Both the position numbers and the translations under genes were made by a program. A stretch of DNA of 64,000 bases from positions 212,705 to 276,704 of the forward strand of contig CAZVKE010000006.1 in NCBI GenBank assembly GCA_964627815.1. The letters are read 5' to 3'. Each line of letters starts with the position of its first letter. Within the stretch, counting starts at the first letter, position 1. Below are positions 10,307 to 21,249 of this stretch, in pieces. This DNA comes from an uncultured Leptospiraceae bacterium (GTDB taxonomy: Bacteria; Spirochaetota; UBA4802; JAGODF01). The notes below the pieces were generated by a model. The model made no database searches. It saw only the letters and a list, made by a program, of their open reading frames with translations, and was not told where the DNA came from.

Positions 10307-12886
10307 ATGAGAATGGATAAGCTTACTTTAAAGGCCCAGGACGCGGTCTATTCCGCTCAGAATATAGCGACAAGCCTTAACCACTACGAAATCCAACCGA
10401 TCCACATGCTTAAAGCCCTCATCGAGCAGGACGGAGGCATGTTTCTTCCTATTATTCAGCGAATCGGCGCCTCGATAACCGATATCCGTAACGAAGTGGA
10501 GGCGGATATAACCACGCTGCCCAAACAGCACGGCGGCGGGCCGGGAGGCGGATCCATGTCGTCGGCCATGCGAGATGTGCTGAACCAGGCATGGAATGAA
10601 GCGGTATCGCTCAAAGACGAATATCTGAGCACCGAACACCTGATCCTCGCCCTTTCCTCATCCGGGGATACGAGCGCGCGGAGGATACTGAACGCGCACG
10701 GCATTATCCGCGAAAACATCCTCAAGGTGCTTATCGACGTAAGAGGCAGCAAGCGCGCCACGGACGAGAACGCCGAGGAAAAATATAACGCGCTCGAGCG
10801 CTACGGTAGGGACCTCACGCGCCTTTCCCGCATGAACAAGCTTGACCCGGTGATAGGCCGTGACGAGGAGATACGCCGGGTGATGCAGGTGCTCACGCGG
10901 CGCACGAAAAACAATCCCGTGCTTATCGGCGAGCCGGGCGTCGGCAAGACCGCGATCGTCGAAGGGCTCGCGCAGCGCATCGTATCCGGCGATGTCCCCG
11001 AAAACCTGAAAGGAAAGCGCGTCGTCGCCCTCGATATGGGAGCTCTCGTGGCCGGCGCGAAATACCGCGGCGAGTTCGAGGAACGCCTCAAGGCCGTCAT
11101 CCAGGAGATCGAGGAATCCGAAGGAGAGGTGATCCTTTTCATTGATGAGCTTCACACGCTGGTCGGTGCCGGCGCGGCAGAGGGCTCCATGGACGCGTCA
11201 AACATGCTCAAGCCCGCTCTCGCACGGGGGGAGCTTCGCTGCATCGGCGCGACGACGCTCAACGAATACCAGAAGTACATCGAAAAGGACAAGGCGCTTG
11301 AGCGGCGCTTCCAGCCGGTCTTTACCGGCGAGCCTTCAGTCGAGGACACCATAGCGATATTGCGCGGCCTCAAGGAAAAGTACGAGGTGCATCACGGCGT
11401 GCGCATATCCGACTCGGCAGTGGTCGCCGCGGCGATGCTTTCCGACCGCTACATCACCAACCGCTTCCTCCCGGACAAGGCGGTCGACCTTATCGACGAG
11501 GCCGCCTCGCTTATCAAGATGGAGATCGATTCGATGCCGATTGAGATCGACGATATCGAGCGCAGGATCCGCCAGCTGACCATCGAAAAACAGGCTGTAA
11601 AAAAGGAAAAGGACAAACCGTCGATCGAGCGGCTTGAAAAAATCGAAGAGGAGCTCGCAAACCTCACCGAGGCAAAAAACGAGCTGGTCGGGCAGTGGCA
11701 GAACGAGAAGAAAGTTATCACCGAAATCCGCCGCATCAAGGAGGAGATCGAACGGCTGAAGATCGAGGAGCAGCAGGCCGAGCGTGAAGGCAACCTTTCA
11801 CGCGTTGCGGAAATCCGTTACGGCAAAATTATTGAGCTCGAAAAGACGCTGAAGGCAAACAATAACCGGCTTCACGACATCCAGAAGGAACGCAAACTCC
11901 TGAAAGAGGAGGTCACCGAACAGGAGATCGCGGCCGTTGTTTCACGCTGGACCGGCATCCCCGTTTCCAAAATGCTCGAAGGGGAAAAGGAAAAGCTCAT
12001 CACCATGGAAAAGATCATCGAGCAGCGCGTCGTCGGCCAGCACCCGGCAATCGGGGCGATTTCCGACGCGGTGCGCCGCTCGCGCTCGGGGCTCCAGGAC
12101 CCGAACAGGCCGATCGGCACCTTTATCTTTCTCGGGCCCACCGGCGTCGGCAAGACCGAAACCGCAAAGGCCGTAGCCGAGTTTCTTTTCAACGACGAAC
12201 GGGCGATCGTTCGCATCGACATGTCCGAGTATATGGAAAAGCACGCGGTGGCAAAGCTTATAGGCGCGCCTCCCGGCTACGTGGGATACGATGAGGGCGG
12301 GCAACTCACCGAAGCGGTCCGGCGACGTCCCTACGCGGTGATCCTCTTCGACGAGATCGAAAAAGCGCATCCCGACGTCTTCAACATCTTCCTTCAGCTT
12401 CTAGACGAGGGGCGGCTGACCGACTCGAAGGGACGAGCCGTGGATTTCAAAAACACCCTCATCATTATGACGTCGAACATCGGGACCGCCTATATAAGCG
12501 ATGATTCGATTCCCTATGAAAAGCGGCGCACGGGAGTTGAGCAGGAGCTGAAGCTTAACTTCAAGCCCGAATTTCTCAACCGTATCGACGAGGTGATCAT
12601 TTTCAATCCGCTCTCGAAGGAGAACATAAAGGAGATCATCGTCCTTCAGCTCAGGCAGCTTGCCGAAAGGCTCGCCGAGCGCGGCATCAAGATCGACCTG
12701 ACCAAGAAAGCACTCGAGTTTCTCATTCAGGTCGGATACGATCCGCAGTTCGGGGCCAGGCCCTTGAAGCGGGCCATACAGAAGTATATCCTGAACCCGC
12801 TCTCCGTCAAACTTCTCGGCGGAAACATCTCCGAGGAACAGCACGTAAAACTCGACAGCGACGGAGAGAGTATCGTTATCAAATAA
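10307..12886 (+). CDS. clpB: ATP-dependent chaperone ClpB
   Basis: 859 aa with an N-domain, two AAA+ modules (GEPGVGKT and GPTGVGKT) and a long coiled-coil M-domain between them. Confidence 0.95.
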   Translation: MRMDKLTLKAQDAVYSAQNIATSLNHYEIQPIHMLKALIEQDGGMFLPIIQRIGASITDIRNEVEADITTLPKQHGGGPGGGSMSSAMRDVLNQAWNEAVSLKDEYLSTEHLILALSSSGDTSARRILNAHGIIRENILKVLIDVRGSKRATDENAEEKYNALERYGRDLTRLSRMNKLDPVIGRDEEIRRVMQVLTRRTKNNPVLIGEPGVGKTAIVEGLAQRIVSGDVPENLKGKRVVALDMGALVAGAKYRGEFEERLKAVIQEIEESEGEVILFIDELHTLVGAGAAEGSMDASNMLKPALARGELRCIGATTLNEYQKYIEKDKALERRFQPVFTGEPSVEDTIAILRGLKEKYEVHHGVRISDSAVVAAAMLSDRYITNRFLPDKAVDLIDEAASLIKMEIDSMPIEIDDIERRIRQLTIEKQAVKKEKDKPSIERLEKIEEELANLTEAKNELVGQWQNEKKVITEIRRIKEEIERLKIEEQQAEREGNLSRVAEIRYGKIIELEKTLKANNNRLHDIQKERKLLKEEVTEQEIAAVVSRWTGIPVSKMLEGEKEKLITMEKIIEQRVVGQHPAIGAISDAVRRSRSGLQDPNRPIGTFIFLGPTGVGKTETAKAVAEFLFNDERAIVRIDMSEYMEKHAVAKLIGAPPGYVGYDEGGQLTEAVRRRPYAVILFDEIEKAHPDVFNIFLQLLDEGRLTDSKGRAVDFKNTLIIMTSNIGTAYISDDSIPYEKRRTGVEQELKLNFKPEFLNRIDEVIIFNPLSKENIKEIIVLQLRQLAERLAERGIKIDLTKKALEFLIQVGYDPQFGARPLKRAIQKYILNPLSVKLLGGNISEEQHVKLDSDGESIVIK

Positions 12887-12904
12887 AATTCTCTTTTTCT
12901 CCTG

Positions 12905-12946
12905 CCGGAATATATCCCACTTATCCGAAAGAGGGATATATTCCGG
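12905..12946 (+). terminator. Perfect 14-bp stem hairpin just after the clpB stop (terminator-like, no U-tract)
   Basis: ccggaatatatccc ... gggatatattccgg with a 14-nt loop, 19 nt after the clpB stop. No downstream T-run. Confidence 0.35.
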
Positions 12947-13132
12947 CAAAAGTCAGTCACCTCACGTCATAAAAATTTCCAACCCCGCCGTTAAAAAAAG
13001 TTGCATTTATACAAAAATTCCTGTTTATTATATGAATATTACACACGGAACGCATTGATATTGGTTTCCGCTCAAAGGATTTAATATCAATCGTTTCGGA
13101 TAAAATTCGGGGGAATTATTTCAGGAGGGTTT

Positions 13133-14224
13133 ATGAAAAAGCTTACAATGATACTCTTGACGGGAGTATTTATTTTCGCGGGAGTTGCGGCACAGCTTGA
13201 TGCGGCGACGGTTACAGGAACTCCACCGACATCGGGCAATGGCACTCTGGATCCTTTATTAGCGAGTGCATTTAACAGTGCTCTGGCAGACGTTAATGCT
13301 AATTCGGCAATAAGCAAATTCAACAATCAAACCGATCTTGCCCGTGGATTCGCGAATGCAAGCGCGTATGCGTCTCATGCCGGCACCCTGCAGGGATATC
13401 AGAATTATGACCTGTTTTTTGTTTCGGTCGGTATGATGGCCGGGGTTCAGGCCCCTTCAGCGGATTCCAGTTATTATGAAAAATCCACTATCGAAGACGA
13501 CTTGAGATCCGACGGTGACATACACGCCGGGGTCGGCGCGAGCGTTGCGATCAACGCCGGCATTCATGCCCGGTTCATCGCATACGGCCTTTATCTGAGC
13601 GGCATTTTCGGTAAAGTAAAGGTCGGTGATGCCGATACCGATGATTATGAATTCGAGAGCACAATAATCGGAGGAAGGATTAATTATGCCCTTATTCAAC
13701 CACACGGAGTTTTATTCGGGCTTTTGAACTGGAGAGGATTATCGCTTGGGACAGGATTTATTTACCAGAAATCGAAGGCAAATTTTGAATTCGCTATTGA
13801 TACGGTTTCCAAACCGTTTAGCGGCGGCGGTTTTACCGGAACTCTTTCGGTTGATCCAACCGTTAATTTCGGTTTTGAAACGAAGACCTACATCGTGCCC
13901 GTTGAAGTTGTCACTTCATTCCAGCTTCTTTGGATATTAAACATAACGCTCGGTGCCGGGGTTGATTTCGTAACCGGAAAGACTGATCTCAATCTCAGTT
14001 CGGCAGGCGATGTGAACGTCTCTTTTACTTCCGGTGCAACGGCACTAACTCCGGGAAGGGTCCAGGTCGATGGAAGCACCCGTGACGTCAGCCCTGACCA
14101 TATCCTCCCCAAACTGATGGCAGGTATCGGACTCCAGCTCGGCCCGATCAAACTTGACGTGCCGGTCATCTACTATCCCGATGCGGGAGCCGCGGTGGGC
14201 ATTACAGCAGCCTTTGTCTGGTAA
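13133..14224 (+). CDS. Secreted protein, probable outer-membrane beta-barrel
   Basis: Signal peptide (MKKLTMILLTGVFIFAGVAAQLDAA), Gly/Ser/Thr/Asn-rich with alternating hydrophobic pattern, and a C-terminal aromatic terminus (AAFVW). Confidence 0.55.
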   Translation: MKKLTMILLTGVFIFAGVAAQLDAATVTGTPPTSGNGTLDPLLASAFNSALADVNANSAISKFNNQTDLARGFANASAYASHAGTLQGYQNYDLFFVSVGMMAGVQAPSADSSYYEKSTIEDDLRSDGDIHAGVGASVAINAGIHARFIAYGLYLSGIFGKVKVGDADTDDYEFESTIIGGRINYALIQPHGVLFGLLNWRGLSLGTGFIYQKSKANFEFAIDTVSKPFSGGGFTGTLSVDPTVNFGFETKTYIVPVEVVTSFQLLWILNITLGAGVDFVTGKTDLNLSSAGDVNVSFTSGATALTPGRVQVDGSTRDVSPDHILPKLMAGIGLQLGPIKLDVPVIYYPDAGAAVGITAAFVW

Positions 14225-14245
14225 CGGTGAATTCAACTGAAACGA

Positions 14246-14277
14246 AAAAGGCCGGGGACTTTACCCCGGCCTTTTTA
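14246..14277. terminator. Bidirectional rho-independent terminator between convergent genes
   Basis: aaaaa-GGCCGGGG-acttta-CCCCGGCC-ttttt. Perfect 8-bp GC stem flanked by an A-run and a T-run. Confidence 0.8.
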
Positions 14278-14312
14278 TGCATTTACCTGTTTGTTATGTT
14301 CTGCCTTCGTTG

Positions 14313-15134
14313 TTATTTTCCTGTAAACTTCGCTTTTCTTTTCTCCATGAGGGCGGTCGCGGCTTCCATGAGATCCGCCGAAGGAATGATGTTGGCGCTG
14401 ATCGAGGCATTGTACAGAAGATTCGCGTCTATCTGGCTCGTGATGCCGAAATTCAGCACGTTCTTCGTCGCCTCAATGGCGAGCGGCGAATTGTCGAGAA
14501 TCTGGTTCGCCGTCTCCTCGGCCCCCTTCATCAGCGCGTCGTAATCGTCGTACACTTCACTTACCAGGAGCACTTCCTTGGCGCGCTTCGCGTCGATGAA
14601 CTTCGCGGTATAGGCAAGCTCACGGGTGATCCCCTGCCCGCAGATGAGCGGCAGGCGCTGAAGCACGCCGACGTCGGCGACGAAGGCAACGGCGGCTTCC
14701 CGCAGCGAAAAAGTCGCGTCTTTTGTGCACAGGCGGATATCACACGCAGTAATCATATCGAGCCCCGCGCCGATGCAGAATCCGTGGATCGCCGCGATCA
14801 CCGGTTTGCGGCACCGTTCGATACAGGTGTTGGTCCATTGCATTCTCTTGATCGTCTGAAGGAGCGAAAGCTTCACGCTTCCCGTCTGGGATTTGTCCCA
14901 GAGCTCGGGAAGGGCGGTGCCCATGTTCGGCAGGTCAATCCCGGCCGAGAAACATTTCCCTTTTCCTGAAATGATGATGATCCGGATATCCTTGTCCGCA
15001 TCAAGGTCCGCGATGATATCCGGCAGCTCCCACCACGCGGGCGGATGCATGGCGTTGAGCTTCTCAGGCCGGTTCAGGTAGATATAGGCAAGCGGCGGTT
15101 TCTTTTCGACGATGTAAAACTCGTATGATCCCAT
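14313..15134 (-). CDS. Enoyl-CoA hydratase/isomerase (crotonase) family protein
   Basis: Crotonase fold motifs (ISGKGKCFSAGIDL, oxyanion-hole region). Start set at MGSYEF (15134), which has a GAGGTG RBS. Confidence 0.8.
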   Translation of the reverse strand: MGSYEFYIVEKKPPLAYIYLNRPEKLNAMHPPAWWELPDIIADLDADKDIRIIIISGKGKCFSAGIDLPNMGTALPELWDKSQTGSVKLSLLQTIKRMQWTNTCIERCRKPVIAAIHGFCIGAGLDMITACDIRLCTKDATFSLREAAVAFVADVGVLQRLPLICGQGITRELAYTAKFIDAKRAKEVLLVSEVYDDYDALMKGAEETANQILDNSPLAIEATKNVLNFGITSQIDANLLYNASISANIIPSADLMEAATALMEKRKAKFTGK

Positions 15135-15447
15135 GGTATTCACCTCGCGTCGAGATATGGATAATCGCGTTATTTCCCGCACCCGGACGTTGCAAAGCCT
15201 TCGCGAAATACAGCGCCACAGCGGAAAAAATGATTCCGTATTCATTAAGGAAGAATGGTTAAAATTGATCAATGAAAAAAAGTAAAAAGTACGCGCCGCA
15301 TCAGGAAAGATATTGACTGGTCCCCTTCCAACCGATATTACAGAAACCTGTAGCGGCGATGCCCGGCGTTACAATTCTGCCGCATCGGATTATCCATAAC
15401 GGCGACATTTTCCCGGCAGCCCGATATTAATGTGATACGGTAACATC

Positions 15448-15771
15448 ATGAACACAGGATCCATCGTCGTCTTCTGCACGGTCCCTTCCGAGGAAGCGGG
15501 ACGGACCATCGCCGAAAAGATTGTGGGAGAACAGCTCGCGGCCTGCGTCAACATCACGGGTGAGATACTGTCGATTTACCGCTGGAAGGGCGAGTTGTGC
15601 CGCGATCCGGAACGGCTGTGCATCATAAAAACGAGAGCCGATCTTTTCCCGCGGCTTGAGTCCGCGATCCGAGAAGCGCATCCGTACGAAGTGCCCGAGA
15701 TCATTGCGCTGCCTGTCGTCGACGGGCACGAGCCTTACCTGCGATGGATCGGCGAGTCTGTGACACGATGA
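15448..15771 (+). CDS. cutA: Divalent-cation tolerance protein CutA
   Basis: 107 aa with the CutA1 family pattern (VVFCTVPS...AACVNI...IYRWKGE). Confidence 0.8.
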   Translation: MNTGSIVVFCTVPSEEAGRTIAEKIVGEQLAACVNITGEILSIYRWKGELCRDPERLCIIKTRADLFPRLESAIREAHPYEVPEIIALPVVDGHEPYLRWIGESVTR

Positions 15772-15815
15772 ACGCTCCCGTATCCAACCCCGAATCCGCA
15801 TGAGGAATAACCGCA

Positions 15816-17819
15816 ATGGGACAGTTCAAGGTAGTATCAAAATTTAAAACATCGCGCGACCAGGAACGGGCAATTGATGAGCTCGCAGACGGCGTCAAAG
15901 ACAGGATGAAATATCAGACCCTTCTCGGAGTCACCGGCTCGGGAAAAACATTCACGATGGCGAAGGTGATCGAGCGGGCGCAGAAACCGGTGCTGGTGCT
16001 CACCCACAACAAGACGCTTGCCGCACAGCTGTATCGCGAGTTCCACGAATTCTTTCCCGAAAACGCCGTGGAATATTTTGTTTCCTATTACGACTACTAC
16101 CAGCCTGAAGCCTATGTGGTTTCGGCCGACCTCTACATCGAGAAGGACGCGTCGATCAACGATGAGATCGACCGGCTCCGGCTCAAAGCCACCTCGTCGA
16201 TCCTCGACCGGCGCGACGTGATCGTGGTCTCCTCGGTTTCATGCATCTACGGATTGGGGAGCCCGAAGGAATACGAGGCGATGCAGATCGCCCTTCATGT
16301 GGGGGATACGGTCAATCGCGACGACATCCTGCGGAGGCTGATCGCGATCCACTATGAGCGCAACGACCTCTCCTTTGTGCGCGGGACCTTCCGCGTGCGC
16401 GGCGATGTGGTCGAGGTGTATCCGGCCTACCTTAAAAACGCGGTACGCATCGAGCTTTTCGGCGACGAGATAGAAAAGCTCTCGCAGGTCGATCCCCTGA
16501 CCGGCCGCGTGATCAGATACGAGGACGCCTCGTACATCTATCCCGCAAAACACTTCGTCTCGCCTCCCGATGAAATGAAGCTCACGGTGCAGATGATCGA
16601 AGAGGAATTGCAGGAGCGCCTCACGGTGCTTCGAAGCCAGGGCAAGCTCGTAGAGGCGCAGCGCCTTGAATCGCGCACCCGCTACGACATGGAGATGCTG
16701 CTCGAAATGGGCTACTGCAACGGCATAGAAAACTACTCGCGCATCATCGCGCGCCGCAGGGCAGGTGAGCCGCCGGAGTGCCTGCTCGATTATTTCAAAG
16801 GCGATTTCCTGATGTTCGTCGACGAGTCCCATGTCACCATCCCGCAGGTGCGCGGCATGTACGAGGGCGACCGTTCGCGCAAGCTCAACCTCGTTGAGTA
16901 CGGGTTCCGGCTCCCCTCGGCGCTGGACAACCGGCCGCTTTATTTCGAGGAGTTTGAAAAGATGCTCGACCAGGCTGTGTTTGTGTCGGCGACTCCCGGC
17001 GAATGGGAAACCTCGGTCAGCTCAAAGGTGGTCGAACAGGTGATACGCCCGACCGGTCTTCTCGATCCGGTGATAATCGTGAAGCCGGCCAAAAACCAGA
17101 TCGACGACCTGATCGGCGAGGTAAACCAGCGCGTCAGCCGCAACGAGCGCACGCTCGTCACCACGCTCACCAAAAAAATGGCAGAAGACCTGAGCGAGTA
17201 TTTTTCAAACGTAGGCATCCGCGCGAAATACCTGCATTCGGAGATCGAGACAATCGAGCGCGTGGAGATCATCCGCGACCTTCGCAAGGGGGAGTTCGAC
17301 TGCCTGATCGGGATCAATCTCCTGAGAGAAGGCCTTGACCTTCCAGAGGTTTCGCTCGTGGCGATCCTTGACGCCGACAAGGAAGGATTTCTGCGCTCCT
17401 ACCGGCCCCTCGTTCAGACGGCGGGAAGAGCGGCGCGCAACATCAACGGCACCGTGATCATGTACGCCGACACCATCACCGACTCAATGCAGAAGGCGAT
17501 CGACGAGACCGGACGCCGCCGCGCGATCCAGGAGGCATACAACCGCGAACACAATATCACCCCCCGCTCCATCCAGAAAGAGATCCTCGACATTCTTGAG
17601 CGCGAATACCACAGCGAGGACAGCTACGCCGACTATGTGGCCGAGTACCGGAACAAGTACAAAACCAATAACCTCAAAGAGCTCGCGCAGATGGTGGATA
17701 CGATCCGCGGTGAGATGCTGGCCGCGGCGGAAAACCTGGAGTTTGAGAAAGCAGCGGTGCTGCGCGATCAGATGCGTGAGATGGAGCAGAAGATGGAACT
17801 CCTGAAAAAAGCGAAGTAG
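15816..17819 (+). CDS. uvrB: Excinuclease ABC subunit B
   Basis: 667 aa with a [10 protein letters not shown] Walker A and helicase motifs. The C-terminal UVR domain is (...[20 protein letters not shown]). Confidence 0.95.
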   Translation: MGQFKVVSKFKTSRDQERAIDELADGVKDRMKYQTLLGVTGSGKTFTMAKVIERAQKPVLVLTHNKTLAAQLYREFHEFFPENAVEYFVSYYDYYQPEAYVVSADLYIEKDASINDEIDRLRLKATSSILDRRDVIVVSSVSCIYGLGSPKEYEAMQIALHVGDTVNRDDILRRLIAIHYERNDLSFVRGTFRVRGDVVEVYPAYLKNAVRIELFGDEIEKLSQVDPLTGRVIRYEDASYIYPAKHFVSPPDEMKLTVQMIEEELQERLTVLRSQGKLVEAQRLESRTRYDMEMLLEMGYCNGIENYSRIIARRRAGEPPECLLDYFKGDFLMFVDESHVTIPQVRGMYEGDRSRKLNLVEYGFRLPSALDNRPLYFEEFEKMLDQAVFVSATPGEWETSVSSKVVEQVIRPTGLLDPVIIVKPAKNQIDDLIGEVNQRVSRNERTLVTTLTKKMAEDLSEYFSNVGIRAKYLHSEIETIERVEIIRDLRKGEFDCLIGINLLREGLDLPEVSLVAILDADKEGFLRSYRPLVQTAGRAARNINGTVIMYADTITDSMQKAIDETGRRRAIQEAYNREHNITPRSIQKEILDILEREYHSEDSYADYVAEYRNKYKTNNLKELAQMVDTIRGEMLAAAENLEFEKAAVLRDQMREMEQKMELLKKAK

Positions 17820-17831
17820 GCCGCGCTGGAA

Positions 17832-18527
17832 CTACACTCCCCGAAGTTCGCAGACGGAAGCGAAGGTGCGCACGTAACGCTGGAATTCACGCAGCGTCGA
17901 TACGGGATACGGCACGCAGGAGCGAAGCGTTTCATCCAGCGTCTTGCTGTTGACGAACTGCTGCAGGTAATACCGCGGCACAGGGCCGATCTCCCTCCCG
18001 ATGCTTTTCAGGTCGTCAAGCGTCACATACGAGGGGATGCAGGTCGTGCGAAGCTCAAATTCCACATGCGCGGATTTCAGTATCTCGATCGTCCGCCTGA
18101 CCTGCGGGAACGCGTTCGTATCCCCCGTCAGGGAGCCGTACTTCTGAGGAGAGGTTTTTACATCGACGGCAATGTAGTCGAGGAGGTTCAGCGACAGCAG
18201 GCGCTCGATGACCGCGGGATTCAGCCCGTTGGTGTCGATCTTCGTGGAAAGCCCCATCTCCCGGAGCGACCGCAGAAAGGAGACGAGGTTTGTCGACATC
18301 GTCGGCTCACCTCCCGAAAGCGCGACACCGTCAATGAGGCCTTTACGCTTCCGGACAAAATCGAGCACTTCATCATTTGAAAGCCCCGCGACCTCGCCGC
18401 TGTCGCGGGCGAGCTCGGGATTGTGGCAGTAGCGGCAGCGAAGGTTGCAGCCGCCCGAAAAGACGATTGAGCAGATCTTTCCAGGGTAATCAACAAGCGA
18501 CGTTTTGTGTATTCCCTTGATATTCAT
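17832..18527 (-). CDS. nrdG: Anaerobic ribonucleoside-triphosphate reductase activating protein (radical SAM)
   Basis: CNLRCRYCHN radical-SAM cysteine motif. Immediately downstream of nrdD. Start set at MNIKGIHK (18527). Confidence 0.8.
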   Translation of the reverse strand: MNIKGIHKTSLVDYPGKICSIVFSGGCNLRCRYCHNPELARDSGEVAGLSNDEVLDFVRKRKGLIDGVALSGGEPTMSTNLVSFLRSLREMGLSTKIDTNGLNPAVIERLLSLNLLDYIAVDVKTSPQKYGSLTGDTNAFPQVRRTIEILKSAHVEFELRTTCIPSYVTLDDLKSIGREIGPVPRYYLQQFVNSKTLDETLRSCVPYPVSTLREFQRYVRTFASVCELRGV

Positions 18528-18675
18528 ATACGGTCCGCCCGGCGGCCTCATCGACACGATACGTCTTGCGCTCGTTGAATTCTTCACGCTTTCCCTTGTT
18601 CCACTGGTTAACAGGCCTGAAATAGCCGACCACGCGGGAGTAAACTTCTACGGGGATTCTTCTCTGTTCCTTCAT
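18490..18675 (-). CDS. Stand-alone glycyl-radical domain of class III RNR (NrdD C-terminal module as separate 61-aa ORF)
   Basis: Contains RVVGYFRPVNQWNKGKREEFNERKTY, matching the NrdD glycyl-radical motif (RVCGYLG...KGK.EE). It has its own AAGGAG RBS 7 nt upstream of the ATG at 18675. An 80-nt gap separates it from the nrdD core stop. Confidence 0.6.
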   Translation of the reverse strand: MKEQRRIPVEVYSRVVGYFRPVNQWNKGKREEFNERKTYRVDEAAGRTVYEYQGNTQNVAC

Positions 18676-18755
18676 AATTACATCTCCTTTCTCAAAAATA
18701 GTTTAGTATATCTCTATCTGTATTAATGTCGGCGATACGACCTTCATCGAATCGG

Positions 18756-20831
18756 TTACATCGCCATTTTATGCATCCTGGTATTAGTATCGGCATCCCG
18801 CTCGTCAGTCTGAATACCGAACTGTTCGAGTTCCGCGTCCGTATGGGGATGGGGGCAGAATTTATGCGCACCGGGGATATATCCGTGGACCGGGCATATG
18901 CTGAACGTCGGAGTAATGGTAAAGTAAGGGATCGAGTAATTCTCGGCGATCCTTCTGACCAGCGTTTTTACCATCTGCGGATCGTCGATCTTCTCGCCGA
19001 TATAGCAGTGCACCACCGTGCCGCCGGTGAAAAGCGCCTGGAGCTCGTTCTGGTGGTCGAGCGCGTCGAACACGTCGTCTGTATATCCGACCGGGAGGTG
19101 AATGGAATTCGTGTAGTAGGGCTCGTGCTTTCCCGCGGTGATGATATCAGGATGGAGCTCCCTGTCGTGCTTGGCGAACCGGTAGCTCACTCCCTCGGCG
19201 GGGGTCGCTTCGAGGTTGTACAGGTTTCCCGTCTCCTCCTGGAAGCCGATAATGGTGTCGCGCATGAATGTGAGTACGCGCATCGAGAAGTCCTTTCCTT
19301 CTTTCGTGGATATATCCCTGCCCAGAAGGTTCAGGCACGCCTCATTCATCCCGATCAGGCCGATCGTGGAAAAATGGTTTACCCAGTACTTGCCGTTGCG
19401 CTCGTAAATGTCGGCGAGGTAGTGCTTGGTGTACGGATACAGGTCGTACTGGGTGAAGTTCTCGAGCACCTTGCGCTTGATCTCAAGGGAATCGCGCGCG
19501 GTCTCCATCAGTTTTTTAAGATCCGAAAGGAACTGCTCCTCGGTCTTCGCGGTGTACGCAAGGCGCGGCATGTTGATCGTCACTACTCCAATACTGCCGG
19601 TGAGCGGGTTCGCGCCGAAAAGCCCGCCGCCGCGGCTGCGCAGCTCCCGGTTATCAAGCCTCAATCGGCAGCACATTGACCGCGCGTCCTCGGGGTCCAT
19701 GTCCGAATTGACAAAGTTCGCGAAATACGGAATGCCGTACTTCGCCGTCATTTCCCAGAGGCTGTCGAGTGATGAGTTCTCCCATTCGAAATCGCGCGAG
19801 ATGTTGTAGGTCGGGATCGGGAACGTGAATATCCGGTGCCGCGCGTCGCCTTCGGTCAGACACTCGGCGAACGCCCGGTTGAATATATCCATCTCGTGCT
19901 GGAACTCTCCGTACTTCATATCCTGTATCTCGCCGCCGATGACCACGAACTCCTCTCCGATCGTGGAAGGAACTTTAAGATCGAGCGTGATATTGGTAAA
20001 CGGCGTCTGGAATCCCACACGCGTAGGAATGTTCATATTGAACACGAACTCCTGAAGGCACTGCTTGACTTCCTTGTAGGAAAGATTGTCGTATCTGATG
20101 AACGGCGCGAGATAGGTGTCAAAATTCGCGAACGCCTGGGCGCCGGCCGACTCGCCCTGCAGCGTATAAAAGAAATTCACCACCTGGCCGAGCGCGCTGC
20201 GGAAATGCTTCGCCGGCGAGCTTTCGACTTTGCCCGATACGCCGCCGAATCCCCTCATCAGAAGGTCCTTGAGGTCCCACCCGACGCAGTATGCGGAGAG
20301 AAGGCCCAGGTCGTGCAGGTGGAAATCGCAGTTGGTATGGTGGTCGCGTATTTCGGGGGGATATATCCGCTCCAGCCAGTATTTCGCGGTGATTGCCGAG
20401 GCGATGTGGTTATTGAGCCCCTGAAGCGAATAGCTCATGTTGCTGTTTTCATTCACGCGCCAGTCCGAGCGGTCGAGATATTTCTCTATGAGCTCGATCC
20501 CCTCATTGAGAAGGCTTTTCCCTTCGCGGATCTTCCGGTGCTGTTCACGATAAAGGATGTACGCTTTTGCGACTTTCGCGTGCCCTCGCTCGATGAGCAT
20601 CTTTTCAACGAGGTCCTGAACATTCTCGACGGTGGGAATACGCTCGTCCTTGTAAATAACATCGAGGATGCCGCAAACCGAATACGCGATATCGCGCGCG
20701 GTTTCGCTGTCGCTTCCGCCCACCGCCCTGGCTGCCATGAATATGGCTTCGGTTATTTTTTCCGCGTCGAAATCAACAACCCTTCCGTCTCGTTTGCGGA
20801 TGTATTTCAGGGAAAAGATTTGGTTATGCAT
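18756..20831 (-). CDS. nrdD: Anaerobic ribonucleoside-triphosphate reductase catalytic core (lacks glycyl-radical domain)
   Basis: ATP-cone at the N-terminus (IRKRDGRVVDFDAEKI), class III RNR core motifs and a C-terminal CPVH...CPHPH metal site. It ends before the glycyl-radical loop. Start chosen at MHNQIF (20831). Confidence 0.85.
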   Translation of the reverse strand: MHNQIFSLKYIRKRDGRVVDFDAEKITEAIFMAARAVGGSDSETARDIAYSVCGILDVIYKDERIPTVENVQDLVEKMLIERGHAKVAKAYILYREQHRKIREGKSLLNEGIELIEKYLDRSDWRVNENSNMSYSLQGLNNHIASAITAKYWLERIYPPEIRDHHTNCDFHLHDLGLLSAYCVGWDLKDLLMRGFGGVSGKVESSPAKHFRSALGQVVNFFYTLQGESAGAQAFANFDTYLAPFIRYDNLSYKEVKQCLQEFVFNMNIPTRVGFQTPFTNITLDLKVPSTIGEEFVVIGGEIQDMKYGEFQHEMDIFNRAFAECLTEGDARHRIFTFPIPTYNISRDFEWENSSLDSLWEMTAKYGIPYFANFVNSDMDPEDARSMCCRLRLDNRELRSRGGGLFGANPLTGSIGVVTINMPRLAYTAKTEEQFLSDLKKLMETARDSLEIKRKVLENFTQYDLYPYTKHYLADIYERNGKYWVNHFSTIGLIGMNEACLNLLGRDISTKEGKDFSMRVLTFMRDTIIGFQEETGNLYNLEATPAEGVSYRFAKHDRELHPDIITAGKHEPYYTNSIHLPVGYTDDVFDALDHQNELQALFTGGTVVHCYIGEKIDDPQMVKTLVRRIAENYSIPYFTITPTFSICPVHGYIPGAHKFCPHPHTDAELEQFGIQTDERDADTNTRMHKMAM

Positions 20832-21249
20832 ACAGGCTCCAGGACACGCACATGATGAAAACACCCATTCCATGCGAACGGACTTCCATCCAGAGAAAAA
20901 GCAGGAAATGCTCAAGCGTGTAACGCTTCAGCATTCATAAGGGAGGTCGCAGAAGAAGCTCTTCTCCGATCACCCGCCAATGGAAGTAAGGATAGATTTA
21001 ATCGTAAAACGAGGAGGAGCAATACGTCAATAAAAAATATTATGTCGCGTCAAAAAATTTCAACCGCTTTTATAAAAACATGCCGAAAATAAAAGCATTA
21101 CAAATATTCGCAAGCAATTTATTTAACGGATTTTTCATTTTTTATTCACTCAAAATTGCTAAAGGCCATCAGGCCGGGAAAAAATGAAATCCGCAACATT
21201 GATCAATGAGTTTCTTAACACAGACAATTAATCTCTACGGAAAACGATC

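Noticed and set aside
19836-20855. 339-aa plus-strand ORF, and 18726-19679 plus-strand ORF
   Set aside because: Antisense to nrdD.
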